This document shows, piece after piece, positions 51,281 to 64,000 of a stretch of 64,000 bases of DNA. A program made the translations under genes and the position numbers. Where the stretch lies: NCBI GenBank assembly GCA_051294905.1, contig CM119371.1, forward strand, positions 17,796,001 through 17,860,000. The letters run 5' to 3'. Below the pieces are notes generated by a model, which ran no database searches, had not been told where the DNA came from, and was given only the letters and a program-made list of their open reading frames with translations. This stretch comes from Botryllus schlosseri (Eukaryota). Every line of letters starts with the position of its first letter. Position 1 is the first letter of the stretch.

Positions 51281-51993
51281 CAAATGGAACACAAGTAGTT
51301 CTATTTATGCGTCACAAACTGTCACGCGATATCTTCGCCATCTATCTATATTAGGCGCTGCAGTCGGATTACTTTTCACATAACAGAGTAGCAAACTTAC
51401 AGTTACAGCATGAGTCTATGGTTGTAAGGACAGAGGTATTCGGGTGATTCAATTACCTTTTAGTTGATGAGGTGGATGATAATTGTTTATCTTCCGATTT
51501 CTCAGAGTAATTGCGCAGCTTTGAAGCATGATATGCTCGCGTCCTTTTGTCATGAGATGAAAACTTTCATTGTAATGATGATTTTTGCATTTAAAACAAC
51601 AACAACGAAAAGAACAATTTAAAACAAACATGTTTAATACATACATCAGTCGTCATGCAGTCATAAGTGGGACAAGTTCTTTTGCAAGAAAATCACGAGA
51701 AAATTACTCTTAACAAAACTCGCAGTAAAAGTGGCATTTATGTATAATCAACACTGTACTAGGCTATTAAGTAATTTGGGTTCACTTGGCGAAGCACCAC
51801 TTCTATTCGTAATCGAGGAGAATTCTGCTCTTCTACTTATAACCGAATTGCCTTCGTAATTACTTCAGCCACCTCTTGCTCACGTATAGGCCAATTTCAT
51901 TCCCTGGTAAAAACTGTTTCGCAGGGTCTTCATTGCAGATTCGTGATTTGAACCATTTTTGTTTTCCAGATCAGTTTTAGTCTTTGTTGCATC

Positions 51994-54900
51994 ATGTCGA
52001 AATCCATCTCGATGTTGATTCCTGTTCTCGCATTGTTCTGGTGCGTGGTGTCGAGTAGCCAACAACATTTGGTTTGCAAGAACATCGAAGATGTTTTTAC
52101 TGATGATGGGCTAGCTGAAACTCGATTACGTCACATAGGAATCCAAGGCCCTCCGGGCAAAATGGGTTCAAAAGGCGAACGTGGAATTCGTGGATTACCC
52201 GGGACCGAAGGTAGTCCAGGTAGGGTGGACTACGACCGAGTTGATGACGTCATCGACGAGAAAATAGCGAATTGTAAGTCGTTCATGAAAATATTCCAAA
52301 CTCGCATCCGACCAGTAAAGTTCCTATATTTTCTTGACAGCCATGAGTGTAATGAACTCGACCATATCCGAACTGAAGAGAAATCTATCAACTCTGTTGT
52401 CAGGTATGCATTTGCTTTGTACTTCAATTCATATTTCAGTAAGATATATGTCAACGGATATGAAATATCCAAAATAGTTTCAATATTAAAGAAATAGTAT
52501 AAAGCAAAGGGTATCGTTGTTGCCACCTCTTCCAAACTTTCTGTATTTATTTATTTTGTCTGTATACGATTTCGCTCACCTAAACCCAAGATGCCCGCAC
52601 AGACTTTATATCTTCGTTGCAAATGATATTGCCAAAGCTTACAATCAAAACTTATACCCATACCAAAGTTCGGGCAACTAGAATTCAACTCCATGCAACA
52701 CACCACTTACACATAATTTCCACGAATTGTAGCCTACCTCCTTCCAAAGACATGGAGCTGCAAGAAATGTTCCCTCTGATGTTTGACGAGTCTGCGCACA
52801 CTGACCAATTCACTGCGCAGACCCTTGGACAACAGTGCGTAACAACTAAACAAAAAGGCCATCATTTTGGATTTTTTGTGCGCATCTTAAATTTTCTGTG
52901 CCCAGATACCGTGTCAGCACTGTGCATTTGCGCACGTGCGCAGCTTAGAGGGAACATTGGCGGCGAGTATACACCATGGGGTCAAATATGTTGATATGCC
53001 GGATTGTTCATTGTGACTTTGGCCTACTTTGGCGACATACTTATCGTTGTGGTACGGTTGGCTAATTTTATGGAATCGAATCCTAATTTCTATGCTGTAT
53101 CGTGGAAGGTATGAGTGTAATCTTACCACAATGAATGGAATCAATTTGTTAAAGTAGTAGATATTTGAGGGTTCTTTGTTGATGTTATTATTCATCCAAT
53201 TCGCTATCTTCCTTTTCGCGGATCATATAGATCAGTGCTCTTCAACCTTTTTCGACGTGGTACACCCTTTTATCGTTTGCTCAAAACTCGTACACCCCTG
53301 TTCATTAGGAGTCTTCAAAAATGACTTTTTTTCTCAAATCGTACTGGCTACTTGATAAAATTGTTAGGTTACCTAACTTAAGCCTACACACCAAATTTGG
53401 TTCAATTCCAACCGGTAGCCGCATTGCTACGGGAGAAGAAAGTTTCTATTTATTATATAAAATAAATATCGAAAAATTTGAAATTTTACTGTTCACCCAT
53501 GAAAGTATTAGGTTGTCTGTAAAAACGATGTTCTTCAAATTTGGTTCAATTCCGACCAGTAGAAGCGGAGTTATTGCCGTCAAAAAATTTGGATTTGAAT
53601 AAAATAGTATTTGGTCACAGAGTCTATTCGCAGCCAGTTAAGCCACCCGCCACGCAAATTGGAATTTATTTCGTGTCAGCCCCAAAACAGCATGACATTA
53701 CGAACGATAATCAACCTAAATGTAACAGTATTGGGGAGAGAGTAGGTAAAGTTACTGCTGCAGAAGCGGTAATTCAGATCAGCGATGATAGCAGGCGCAC
53801 CAGCCTACTGCGTATCAGGCCTGCCCCACACCACACACAGTCGATAGTAGCACTTGGGCTGCAAGAGATGTCAGTAACCTCAGATCGTATGCCGCTATAC
53901 ACAGTCTATTGTCGTTAATTTGCATCAATAATAACAAAATACTAAATTGCAAATGTATGGCGAAATATTGGACATAAAATCGGCATTTTAAAACAAAAGG
54001 TTTTCGATTTCAACATGGAAGCTGTTTCGACCCTGGCTGGCTACGTCACTTCATTTATGTGCATTGCGGTATTTATTAACGTCGGGTAGGAAGTACCGAT
54101 TCAAGAAGTCTGAGCTATCGCGGCGGTTCCCTCAAAAATCACTAAAAGACAAATGACTAGCTGAAAACATGTTTGTTAACTGCATACTTTCCTACACCAA
54201 ACGGATCCATTGGTCTATTGCCGACGGCTAAATAAATAGGAGAAATGCTTATGACATCACAGTCAAGCGGTGTACAGTATTACACTTGAGATAACATCGT
54301 ACTATATTGCCAGGCCGTGTTATTTTTGGCATATGCCAAAACTGCCAAAAATAACTTATTTTTGGCATTTTTCGATTTTTATTTTTGGCAGTTTTGGCAT
54401 CGTCCTCTAAATAGATAGTTTCAGCCTCGAATTAGTCACAAAAACGTTTTATTTGGGCTAGTTTGTCAAAAGACACCACATAATGTGCAGCATCCACGTA
54501 TAATCAGTGCCAACAAACAATAATAAGAAGAAAAAACCTAACGATTTCATAGGTTAATAATATCAAACGAAACCACAAAATGTGCAGTATCCATCGTAAT
54601 CGGTGCCAATAAGCAACAAAAAAAGAAAGAAAAGCCAAACAAACACGCTCAACAGCTGATTGTTACAGCTGTTGAATAGACTTAAATCGTTTGCACTGTA
54701 ACAGTGCTTCCAAACTCAGGTCAGCTAAGTTTCTCCCAAATTCATTTCTCGCCCAGCGAATCTGGGAAATATCGGCTTCAACAGTAGCCGTTGAGGGAAA
54801 GAATGTTGCCAGTCATCCACAAAAGGTTTTGAGAGCTTCAAAATCTTTGGAGGGCCGAACCGGCTTCCATGCATCATGAAAAGAGATCACTTCACCAGTG

Positions 54901-56197
54901 CCATCGATCTCATCGCGGAAAGAATTTTCTTCCCGATCCATTTCCAGGAGTTTCCTGTGTTGTCTATCTCAACGCATTCTATTTAGTAGCCCGACTATCA
55001 TTTCTCCTTTAGTCTACCGATATATTTTCGGAGGACTTTTGTCACTTCAGGTGGCTTTAATATTACCAACTCGCATGGAAGAGTCCTGGGAAGGTTAGCT
55101 TGTTTAAGAACATTGACGCAACAAGACTGTCTGGCAAAACGAGACTATGCAGCTCAGAAATAGCCAGACAGTTTGTTGCGTCACAATGTTCAACTCGATC
55201 ACAATGCAAAAATCGTGGTTGATTTTGGGGGTTCCAGTTCCATGAGCAGAATATAATCTATATTTTAATAATCAGTACTGCGGCAGCTTCTCATTGATAC
55301 CCGTTTTATCAAATTTAGCGCTCGACAAGCCGGTCAAAAATGGTCGTAAAATTGCCTTTGGACAAATGGAAAGTATGACGTAAACCAAATGCAGTCAGCC
55401 GTTCAATCTCGCTGTGCCCACACCATTTAGGACACCATGCTTTCACCCCTAATGGGTGGGCTGAACCCAGATTAAGAAACCTGCCTTTCACAAACGCTCT
55501 TCTCGCCTGTAACGCGGTCCTGTTAACACTACACCATGAACGAAATACAAAATTTGGCAGGCCGTGTTATTTTTGGCATATGCCAAAAATTGCTTATTTT
55601 TGGCATTTTGAAATTTTTATTTTTGGCAGTTTTGGCATCTGGCTCCTGAAATGCCAAAAATAACACGGCCTGTATATTGCTCATTAACCTGTGCGTCAAC
55701 CTGTACTGGCCCATAAACCTGCCTTTGTGATAGCTAGCCATCGGCTCATTGTAATTCGGATCTGGTACACCCCTGTACACCCCATCCGAGTGGTACACCC
55801 TTTGCAAATTCTGGTACACCCCAGGGTGTACGACCACCCCGGTTGAAGAGCACTGATATAGATAACCTAGATTCATGGATTGCTTGTTCCTTTTTTATCG
55901 TTATTTCGTCATCTTCTAACAATATAGCAGGCCGATTTCGAACATAATTTCGAGACTTACATTATTTTGCTGCAAGGAATTCGCTCAGCTTTTTCAAATA
56001 CTGAATTGGTGCTTCAATGATATGCTTTCTTGAAACATCGAAATGAATCAACCTTTGACGTGGAATGATGAAACTCCAACTCCGATCAGGGTTCATCCAA
56101 TGTGCGGACACATTTCCTCCAACTTATTTTAAAAGTCTGAATTTGAATTTAGAATGGAAAGAATTGAAGCCAATATTTACCGCAATGAAAAGAAAAG

Positions 56198-56259
<62 letters not shown>

Positions 56260-59200
56260 CGAGTAGCAGGTTAAAATTTAAACCACGCTTTGGGTTTTAG
56301 CTTCCTTATACCTATTTGTGAACAATTCTGAATCATTGAAATCGAGCTCTAACGGTAATGATGCCAAATTCCGTTCACAATGTGTGCTGGCCCTATTGGC
56401 AGCCTACATATGTCGATGTCGCGTGTACTGTAAATCGAGTCACTTAACAATAGCCTACAATTATTTCAGGAAGATATACTACTATATTTGCAACACGGTT
56501 CATCCAAGTTGCTTCTGGAAATTTGCTGTGACATCACATCATGGAGTCGAAGAATGACCACTTTCGATCGATAAAAATTAACACGTGAATAAAAACATGT
56601 CGAAATGAAGAAAATCGGGATTGAACTCACTGGGGCACTTAAAATGATGACGATGCCAAACTATTACATCGCCTGGTCTGATCGCCTCATGGTATTCGAG
56701 CAATACGAACGACACCAATCGCAAGCGCATTGTTATAAAACTACATTTAAACTAATTCACTTTTCTGCACATGCATGAAATCGAATGTAAAGACTCAAAA
56801 TTTGACTTAGTGCCGTAAGGCGCAGTTCTGTGAACGGAGTTATAGCACACGTAAAATATTCGGATTATTTTGAATTACGAGCAACATCAGTTACTTCATC
56901 TTAATTTCCGAAATACGATTTGCGCCGTCGAGATCAGTCTCCCATTGCGGACTAAGGTTGCGGCCTTTTACGATGGCGAGGAAATGAACCAAGCCGGAAT
57001 TTCGCAGCAAATATTCTCTCAGACCTGTTACTTAACTTTGACGTTAATCATTAATGTTGAAAACTAGTCATTGTTCATTGTATATTGTACATCCTCTGCA
57101 TTCGAAAGCTTTCTATGACTTAAGTCGGACCATTTTAAAGTCTTTTGTTGCTACGCTACCCGATTTTTAAAGCAAAAATTTGAATGACCCTAAAGTAGCC
57201 TTTACATTGCTAGTCTCTGTGATGCAGTTTCAATCTTACACAGCTTAACCTCACAAACTCTCTCTTCCTTGTTTCCCTATGGCCAGGCTAGCGCTTTTGC
57301 GAAAACGAAATCCGGCAAACCGTTCTGTGACAGCGAACAAAATTGCGTAATAAGGGCTAGCACACGATCTATGTTCATTGTTCACACCCTATTTTCGTTA
57401 CAACTCATACACAAAATGACCATAGTAATATAGTTGGACGAATCTCACGAAGTGTGAATAATATGTGGCATCAGTATATTTAATGCAACCCATTAGGCAC
57501 AATTGATCCAAATGAACCAAAAAGATTTTACCCTCAGATATTTCTTATACCGTCTTCGGTGCGGAAGTTACGACTCTAGATATTTTAATTGGCAATGTGA
57601 CGTATAGCTAGATTGGTGGTGCAAAACCCCAAAACAGGGACATCCAACCTATGATAGATCAAAGGACCACAGGTGGTTCACCAATGATTGCACGGGCCAC
57701 TTGAGTATTGATGACTTCTGTTAAGCAATTAGTTGCGCGACTTTTTTGACATGACAAAATAAGTCAAAAATTTGTCAAAATTGTGGCGTTAAATGAAAAA
57801 ATTGTCCAATTTGTCGGCGAAGTCAATTTTTTTGCAAACTGAATATCGTTTATATCGTTGATGCTTGCACCGTTGCTGACCTTATCATTTGATATTTTAC
57901 AGCTTGTAGTCTGCTTTCTAGGCCTGCCGTTGTAGACAGTCCGTTGTCTGTTTATTGTGAATCATGAACGGTAAAACGAAACAAATAGTTGGACATGGTG
58001 TTATGCTCAACGTACCGCAATATCATAACTGAAGCAAGACTGCGTGGGCATAGTTCCTATATCAAGAAGCGCATGATGAAAAATTGTGATGTAGACAACA
58101 TCGTCAGAATGAAGCAACACGGTGTGTCACCAACAGTGTACGCACAACCTCAGTATTGTCAGCCAACAACTGCTGCTGTTCTTTCCCAATTCTTGGCAAG
58201 CTACTCCCTACATTCTACCCGAGAATGTAGGAAAGTATCTATTGTTGTGCTTCAATAAATTTTATTTATTTCTGCCATAATGCGTGATGTAATCACTGGA
58301 ATTCTTCATGGGTCAAGATTTCGTTAAAATAAAGTTCATTTCGTGTAAAAAATTGTTTGTTTTTTAGTCAAAAAAGTTTTTATCGGGGCAAACTACTAGA
58401 TAAAGATAGTCAGTTCTAACCAGAAATGAAGATAAGTATTACAATTCCAACATTTTGTGGGAAAACATCTAATTTACGTAAATGCGGGCAAAATATGCTC
58501 AAAATCAATTTTTTTTTTCAGTCAAAAATGTAAAAAGTTTCCTTTTTTTGGTCAAAGTCTTCCGTTTGTTAGGTAACAAAATCGCCCTAGTCATTAACTA
58601 GACTCTAAGGATACAATTGGTAATATGGCCATGGACTGGATGTAAAAAATGGATCGACCTCGTCTGACTCGTCATGACTTTACAATATACGACGTCGCTA
58701 ACGAGAAAACCTTGCCACTACTACAATCGGCATTATAAACACTATACAACATTCTTTTATTGATCGTAATTTTTGTTTTGTCACATAATGTTTTGGAAAA
58801 TAGGGCGCTTCGAAGAGAACTGACTATCCCAGAAATATGAATAATATTTTTCGATCCTGAGTAAAATGACAAAACCTGATATAATCCTCTTTGTACCTAT
58901 TAATATCAGGGAGGAATGCAAATGTTTGTCGGTATTGACGAGAAGCTACTCCCGATTCTCGGAAGTTGCCTTATCACGACTATGACTCTGGTTAACGAAT
59001 GCACAAACGCATATACGTTATATCAATGGATAGAATGGATCGTTGTCGTGTAAATGAGCTTGGCTCAGTGTGACGTAACATATGATGTTACTTGTGCGGC
59101 TGACTACAATCACTCTCTATTGTGTCAATGATCTTTGTGACGATATTGCCATTCAAGAGCTGGACTATACTCTTCATTGCAGACTGCAGAAGACGAGAAG

Positions 59201-62200
59201 GACTGCCATATTCTGGAAAATGTTTTACTCTTCCTCATTTGTCATCATCAAAGGATGTGACTTATGATCAAGCAGTTGCAGAATGCGCAAAACACGGATC
59301 TCTGCTGGCTGAAATTCATGATAGAGATCAACAAACATCGTTGAACGATTTCGCTCTCAGGAAGATGCCAGCTGGTAGATCGGTCTTCGAAGTCTGGTTG
59401 GGAATGGAATATAAAATCTCGGTAGTTGCATAAATTTCTTACTAAGCAATGCAGTTTCTGACTAAGTCGCTACGTTAGTGATGAGACTCACTGCAATTTT
59501 TATCTCGTGATAAATCAAGTCATCTCCAATCATGCAATTTCGAGTCAATTTCAAGAAGGCGAAAAAATTCGTGACAATCTTAATGACCGATTGTGTCACT
59601 CCGTCTATGCATAAATCACGCCTTGTATTTAGAGTTGAGGCTACACGGGTAAGAGCTCGGTGTCTGATTTGTCCGTTTCATGGTAATCGGAGCTCCACGC
59701 TCACAATGAATAATTAAGAAAGCCCTATGTAGAGAACAAAATTTGTGTAAAGCTGACGTGGCTTATTGGGTTATGTTGGCAGCATAAAGAGCAATTCACT
59801 GCAATAGCGATGCCGATTCAACCCCCGTGTTCACGCGTCTAAATTCAAATTTTCTGCCTATAACATTTTGGAAATTTGCGATTGTGCAATCTGTGATGAA
59901 CACCGTTAAACGCCATCGCATACGCTATGCAAAGTATTTGCCTAGAAACTCGTTGTCGAAAAGTTGAAGGCAGATATTGGGACGCTTTTAGCACATCTTG
60001 CTACATTTGCACTCTGCTAACATACTAATCTGCTAAATGGCAAGCAACAATTACTTTGAATTGCTTAAAGGTCTACATCTGCATGAGTGTAGCTTTACTG
60101 GAGAGGTCAATATCCACATTTGCGTAAAATATGGAATTTTACATCAATCTTATCGAATATCACTAGAAAATCCAAACGTGGGTGAAGTTTGATGGGTTCG
60201 TCCAACATCAAATAATCGAGACCATACATAAGATAAGAGGTTATGGGGATGGCTCTATTTTTCTCAAATTGGGATATTCGGACCAATTGTCATGAATAGG
60301 GTATAGCAACGATCGACGGGTTAGAAAGCTACTATTTTCACATTTTGTACTCATGGTAAAATTATCATTTTATTTATTCGTTGTAGAATCATTACCGTAT
60401 AAAAATGTTGCGGTTAAAATAATGTGAGAGTTGGTTTTGTTGCATATGATTTTACTGTTAGTGGTTGGTTCTCATTTCGTTAGAAACACTAATAATACGT
60501 GTTTTAAAGTCGTATTGTAGCATTTAGCACCGCTATCAAGTTACGAAATTCGACAAGTGGAGGCAGGTATGGGGTGATGGGTGGGTGATTTGTTATCGTA
60601 ATCGATTACGGCTATTACAGAGCATTCAAATAATCATAGTCGCAATCGATTAACTATTATAACAATCGACAGAAGCGTAATCCTAAACGTTTTGCGTATA
60701 GGCCTATTGAGCACTGGTCTACAAATTTCAAAAATAATTCTCGTCAAAAATTTTGTTGCTTCATACATAGGCTACTTTTTGGTTGCTGAATCTAATTATG
60801 AGCTCATAATTGTTGGAATGTAGCGGTCGAAGTGAGGTAAAATTTGGTCATATTGCATTTGTCGGCTGGTACTATTTTCGGAAGATACGCAGGCATTATT
60901 GGCGTTTTAGAGTCGCTGCACGACTTCAAACTGACATGAAAGTATGATATACGTCGAGTTACGGCAGGCATGGGTAGTCGTGATTAGCAAAATTCACGAG
61001 TCAATTCCAAGTCATCAACTAATCAGTGTCGATAAAAATCACTGTATCTTGCGTATGTTCGGATTGTTCGCGAAACACTAACCCGTGAGAGTGACCAATC
61101 ATTCAATGATCGTGCGTTTTACTGAGTAATGGATGAATTTGGTCAATAATATTTTACCGAGCCTCCATTGTTCTCTCACAAATAAATTGACCACAAACGA
61201 ATTGATCGAAGCATTCAGCTTATGTTGTCGAAAACTACTAGTAGGGTGAATTAATAGAAACTTGATGTTTCTGTTCTCCGTTCTTATTTTACCCGAACCT
61301 CTTTTTTTATTAAAATTGAAATCGAATATACTTTATATACTCCTCAACCATTGGTGCAGACTTGAAGTGTATCATAGCAATGTGTCTAAATGGGTAATGT
61401 ATTGCATCTTATCAATTCGTTTCTCTATTCTCTATTCTCTATTCTCTGTATATTTAACTCCACATTCGTTCATCGGTACAAAATCAATGACCCCTCAATC
61501 TGTAATTCAGACAGCTAGCAAAATGCAATGATGTAATTATGCTTCATGGTTCGAAAAGGCAACTTGACTTGAATTGTGACTTGACTCCTGACTTGACTTG
61601 ACTTGACTCGTCTTGACTCGAGTCACCTCCAAAAATCGAGTGACTTGACTTGACTCGAGTCAAAACGTGCAATGACTCGAAATGACTTGTGACTCGAAGG
61701 TAGTGACTTGATCCCGACACTGGTTGCCATGTGTCGTAGTTGGAACGAAAATTTATAATGAAGGTGTCAAACTGGAAGCGATAAACTTGTGCGATTGATA
61801 TATTTTTCGGGACAAGCAAATGACGTCACAATTTTCAAAACCAGGATTTCGCACCATCACCCATTTCCATCTACTGGTCATCGTAACCGACAACTGTGCA
61901 GAGATGAGCGGATTGGAAATTTCCAGATACTAGTTAAATTTAAATCCGAATACTCAAATCCAAATCGAGAAATAATTTCGCCCCATGCCTGCATACCAGC
62001 TCAACACTGGGATTGACTGAACATTGTTCAGAAGTCGCATGAAAATGTAAAAGTATCAAGGATCTTATATCCAAGTCCAAATCCAGGTTAAAAATAACTC
62101 TAAATCCATATCCTTTCCAAATCCATGCTCATCTCTGCAACTGTGACATATTGCTCCAACCGTGATCGGTTTCATAAATAATCGCGCTAAATATTTATGC

Positions 62201-62403
62201 TTTGACAGACTTCAACTCTGCTGTACCGATCAGGAATGGAAAAACATTCGAATCAATTTCAATGGTATCCAACATATCCAGAATCTACGTCGTCATACAA
62301 CTACATTTGCATGCTCATACGTGACGGAGATAGTTCAAACGGATTATTTAATTACTATAAATCCTACCCAACGTATGGAGTGATGTGCGAGGAAGCAACC
62401 TGA
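51994..62403 (+). CDS. Collectin-like secreted protein (signal peptide, 10 Gly-X-Y, neck, C-type lectin-like domain); exons 51994-52273, 52341-52403, 59183-59421, 62209-62403; 258 aa
   Basis: All introns are GT-AG with compatible phases (1,1,0); total 777 nt. Exon 1: MSKSISMLIPVLALFWCVVSS..GIQGPPGKMGSKGERGIRGLPGTEGSPGRV. Exon 2: amphipathic neck SMSVMNSTISELKRNLSTLLS. Exon 3: CRRREGLPYSGKCF..TYDQAVAECAKHGSLLAEI..VWLGM. Exon 4: ..WYPTYP..YICM..GLFN..GVMCEEAT*. Confidence 0.85.
53233..55855 (+). mobile_element. Non-autonomous hAT element (GTACACCC family), copy B, in collectin intron 2
   Basis: Same TIRs as copy A. Perfect TSD ATATAGAT (53225-53232, 55856-55863). Confidence 0.9.
54311..55672. 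mobile_element. hAT MITE (TTTTGGCA motifs) nested in copy B
   Basis: TIR CAGGCCGTGTTATTTTTGGCA / TGCCAAAAATAACACGGCCTG. Perfect TSD TATATTGC (54303-54310, 55673-55680). An internal repeat of the left end starts at ~55558. Confidence 0.87.
56200..56259. repeat. (GCA)20 microsatellite, intronic
   Basis: Perfect trinucleotide run. Confidence 0.95.
57730..58589 (+). mobile_element. TIR element of the TAGGGCGATTTT family
   Basis: Ends AAAATCGCCCTA (reverse complement of the 19613 terminus). The body aligns with 19613-20154. Confidence 0.65.
61093..61722. repeat. Paralogue of the 28005-28710 repeat
   Basis: Shared body and (GACTT)n end. Confidence 0.7.
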
Positions 62404-63584
62404 TCATTCGTTGCAATAACTGGATAAATGCCGCCGACGAAACGTTGATCGGAGACAGTTGACCTAAATATTAACATATTGGTAATTATTAATACGGTCT
62501 CGATGCAGAAATTGAAATGTTGTAGAGAGCACATGTCATAACGTCGAACAAATGACTTGAGCTTCAAATTGTTCCAATTGCTTAATGTGTACTTCTATTT
62601 AGTAATCAGAGGTGGTCGGTAGCGAAGTGCTTCTATTTTTCCAAGTACTCAAGTAATTTGTCTCTACTTACAGTATACTTACTCAATAAAATCTAATTTC
62701 CGCTACTTCTACTTCTGCCTCGTCATAAATTGTTATTTACTTACTTACTTTTTGCTTGTCAAATAAAAGTAATATTTTCTTCTAGTGAGAGAGAGAGATG
62801 AAGAGAGACTGAGATTGAGAAATTTATATAGGCTTCAGATTTTCACTGATTACCGACCAGAATTGTATTTCTAAAAACGTGAAGTGGTATTCCAGAATCC
62901 TTTCAAATGTGTTATACGGGGTGACAGTTGTCTTCTCACGAAGGTATCGCTCAACATAATTTATGTAGCTTGTTTCGAGGTTCCTTTCTCAACGCACTGC
63001 CGTCCATTTGACATGTTTCGTCGCAGTAAATATGGCCCGGTAAAACGCTGGTTCGACAGGTATCGTCATCTAGCAGGCATGGCGTGTCCTGGAAAAAAAG
63101 GTCCTTGACTTTTGATCATTAACATTGTATTAGCATAACACCATTTAATTTTTAAAAAAGTATTTGCATTTATCTGTGTACAGTACACGGTATTATTAGC
63201 TTGAGTTCTTTTGTCCGACGCACATACATGTTGAAGTATAAATGCATATGCCAGGGTTCTCAAACTCAAATGTGCTCGCGAGCCAACATCCTAGTGTTTG
63301 ATGACGCCGTAGCTCGCAGCATCGAATATGGGTTTTATATATATTTCCAGGTAAGCCTTGTTTCACTGACCTTGCAGACAATACCATATACATCGTTATT
63401 AATTTGATTGTCAATATTTATAGCCTATTCACGCTTGCAACGAAAAGTCATATTTTTGAATATTTGAATAAAATTGTTATTGACTGGGCATAAGTTGTCA
63501 TAATAATGAGTTATACACACCATGCGAGAAGACAAATATATCATGACATCAGGAAAGCTATTACGTTTCAATTTTGCAGCTTTC

Positions 63585-63740
63585 AATCAATCAATCAGTT
63601 TTATTAATATTTTCATCATTTCAAAAAAACCACAAAACCGAGATACAATGAAAAGATAGGAGGGTGTCGAAACGACTTGGAGTCATCTTTCGGGTCAGAC
63701 ACACACCTAGGCCAAGGCGAAGTGAAGAAGAGGCATGGAG
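63585..63740 (-). mobile_element. LINE 3'UTR fragment
   Basis: Aligns with 10250-10360 and has a (TCAA)n tail. Confidence 0.6.
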
Positions 63741-64000
63741 TCAAAATAAGTCAAAATTTTGCGTTAGGTCAAAAAATTATTTACAAAGTCAACATTTTTT
63801 GTGACCCCTGCATTTCCTTTGTATCGTAGATTTTGCGCTGTCGGTAAACTGATCATTTGATATTATACAGCTTGTAGCTTACTTTATAGCCCTACCGTTG
63901 TAGACGGCCCATTGTCTGCATATTTTTTTCAATACAAAATCCATTGTTGTGAAATATTTATTCAACTAGAACACTCATTTTGAATCATAAACGGTCAAAT

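Noticed and set aside
52274..52497. C-terminal part of the 167-aa ORF 51994-52497
   Set aside because: Read-through past a strong donor (t|gtaagt at 52273/52274). The spliced model gives coherent neck and CTLD domains.
56065..56274. Poly-alanine protein
   Set aside because: Produced by an intronic (GCA)n microsatellite.

Overview
Eukaryotic, AT-rich, repeat-dense genomic DNA. The gene families suggest a marine invertebrate, most plausibly an ascidian (inference). Host genes: a cluster of three LDLa-repeat class-A GPCR copies on the + strand (a long intact coding exon at ~5726-8300, a pseudogene at ~17144-19362 and a fragment at ~26109-27290), and a 4-exon collectin-like gene (signal peptide, collagen, neck, atypical C-type lectin domain) at 51994-62403. 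Most of the remainder is non-autonomous hAT elements with 8-bp TSDs (often nested), a tRNA-derived SINE and CR1/L2-type LINE 3' fragments. The standout is a 13,090-bp element at 34932-48021. It has Polinton/Maverick-type ends (5'-AGTAGT...ACTACT-3', 6-bp TSD AACAGT, GC-rich subterminal repeats) and sits in a LINE fragment whose uninterrupted paralogue is also in this window. I recognise no Polinton core genes in it. Almost all of it is a near-perfect palindrome: two ~5.6-kb arms around a 979-bp spacer, resembling a snap-back (defective) derivative of a protein-primed self-synthesising element. All alignments were done by eye; no database searches were run.
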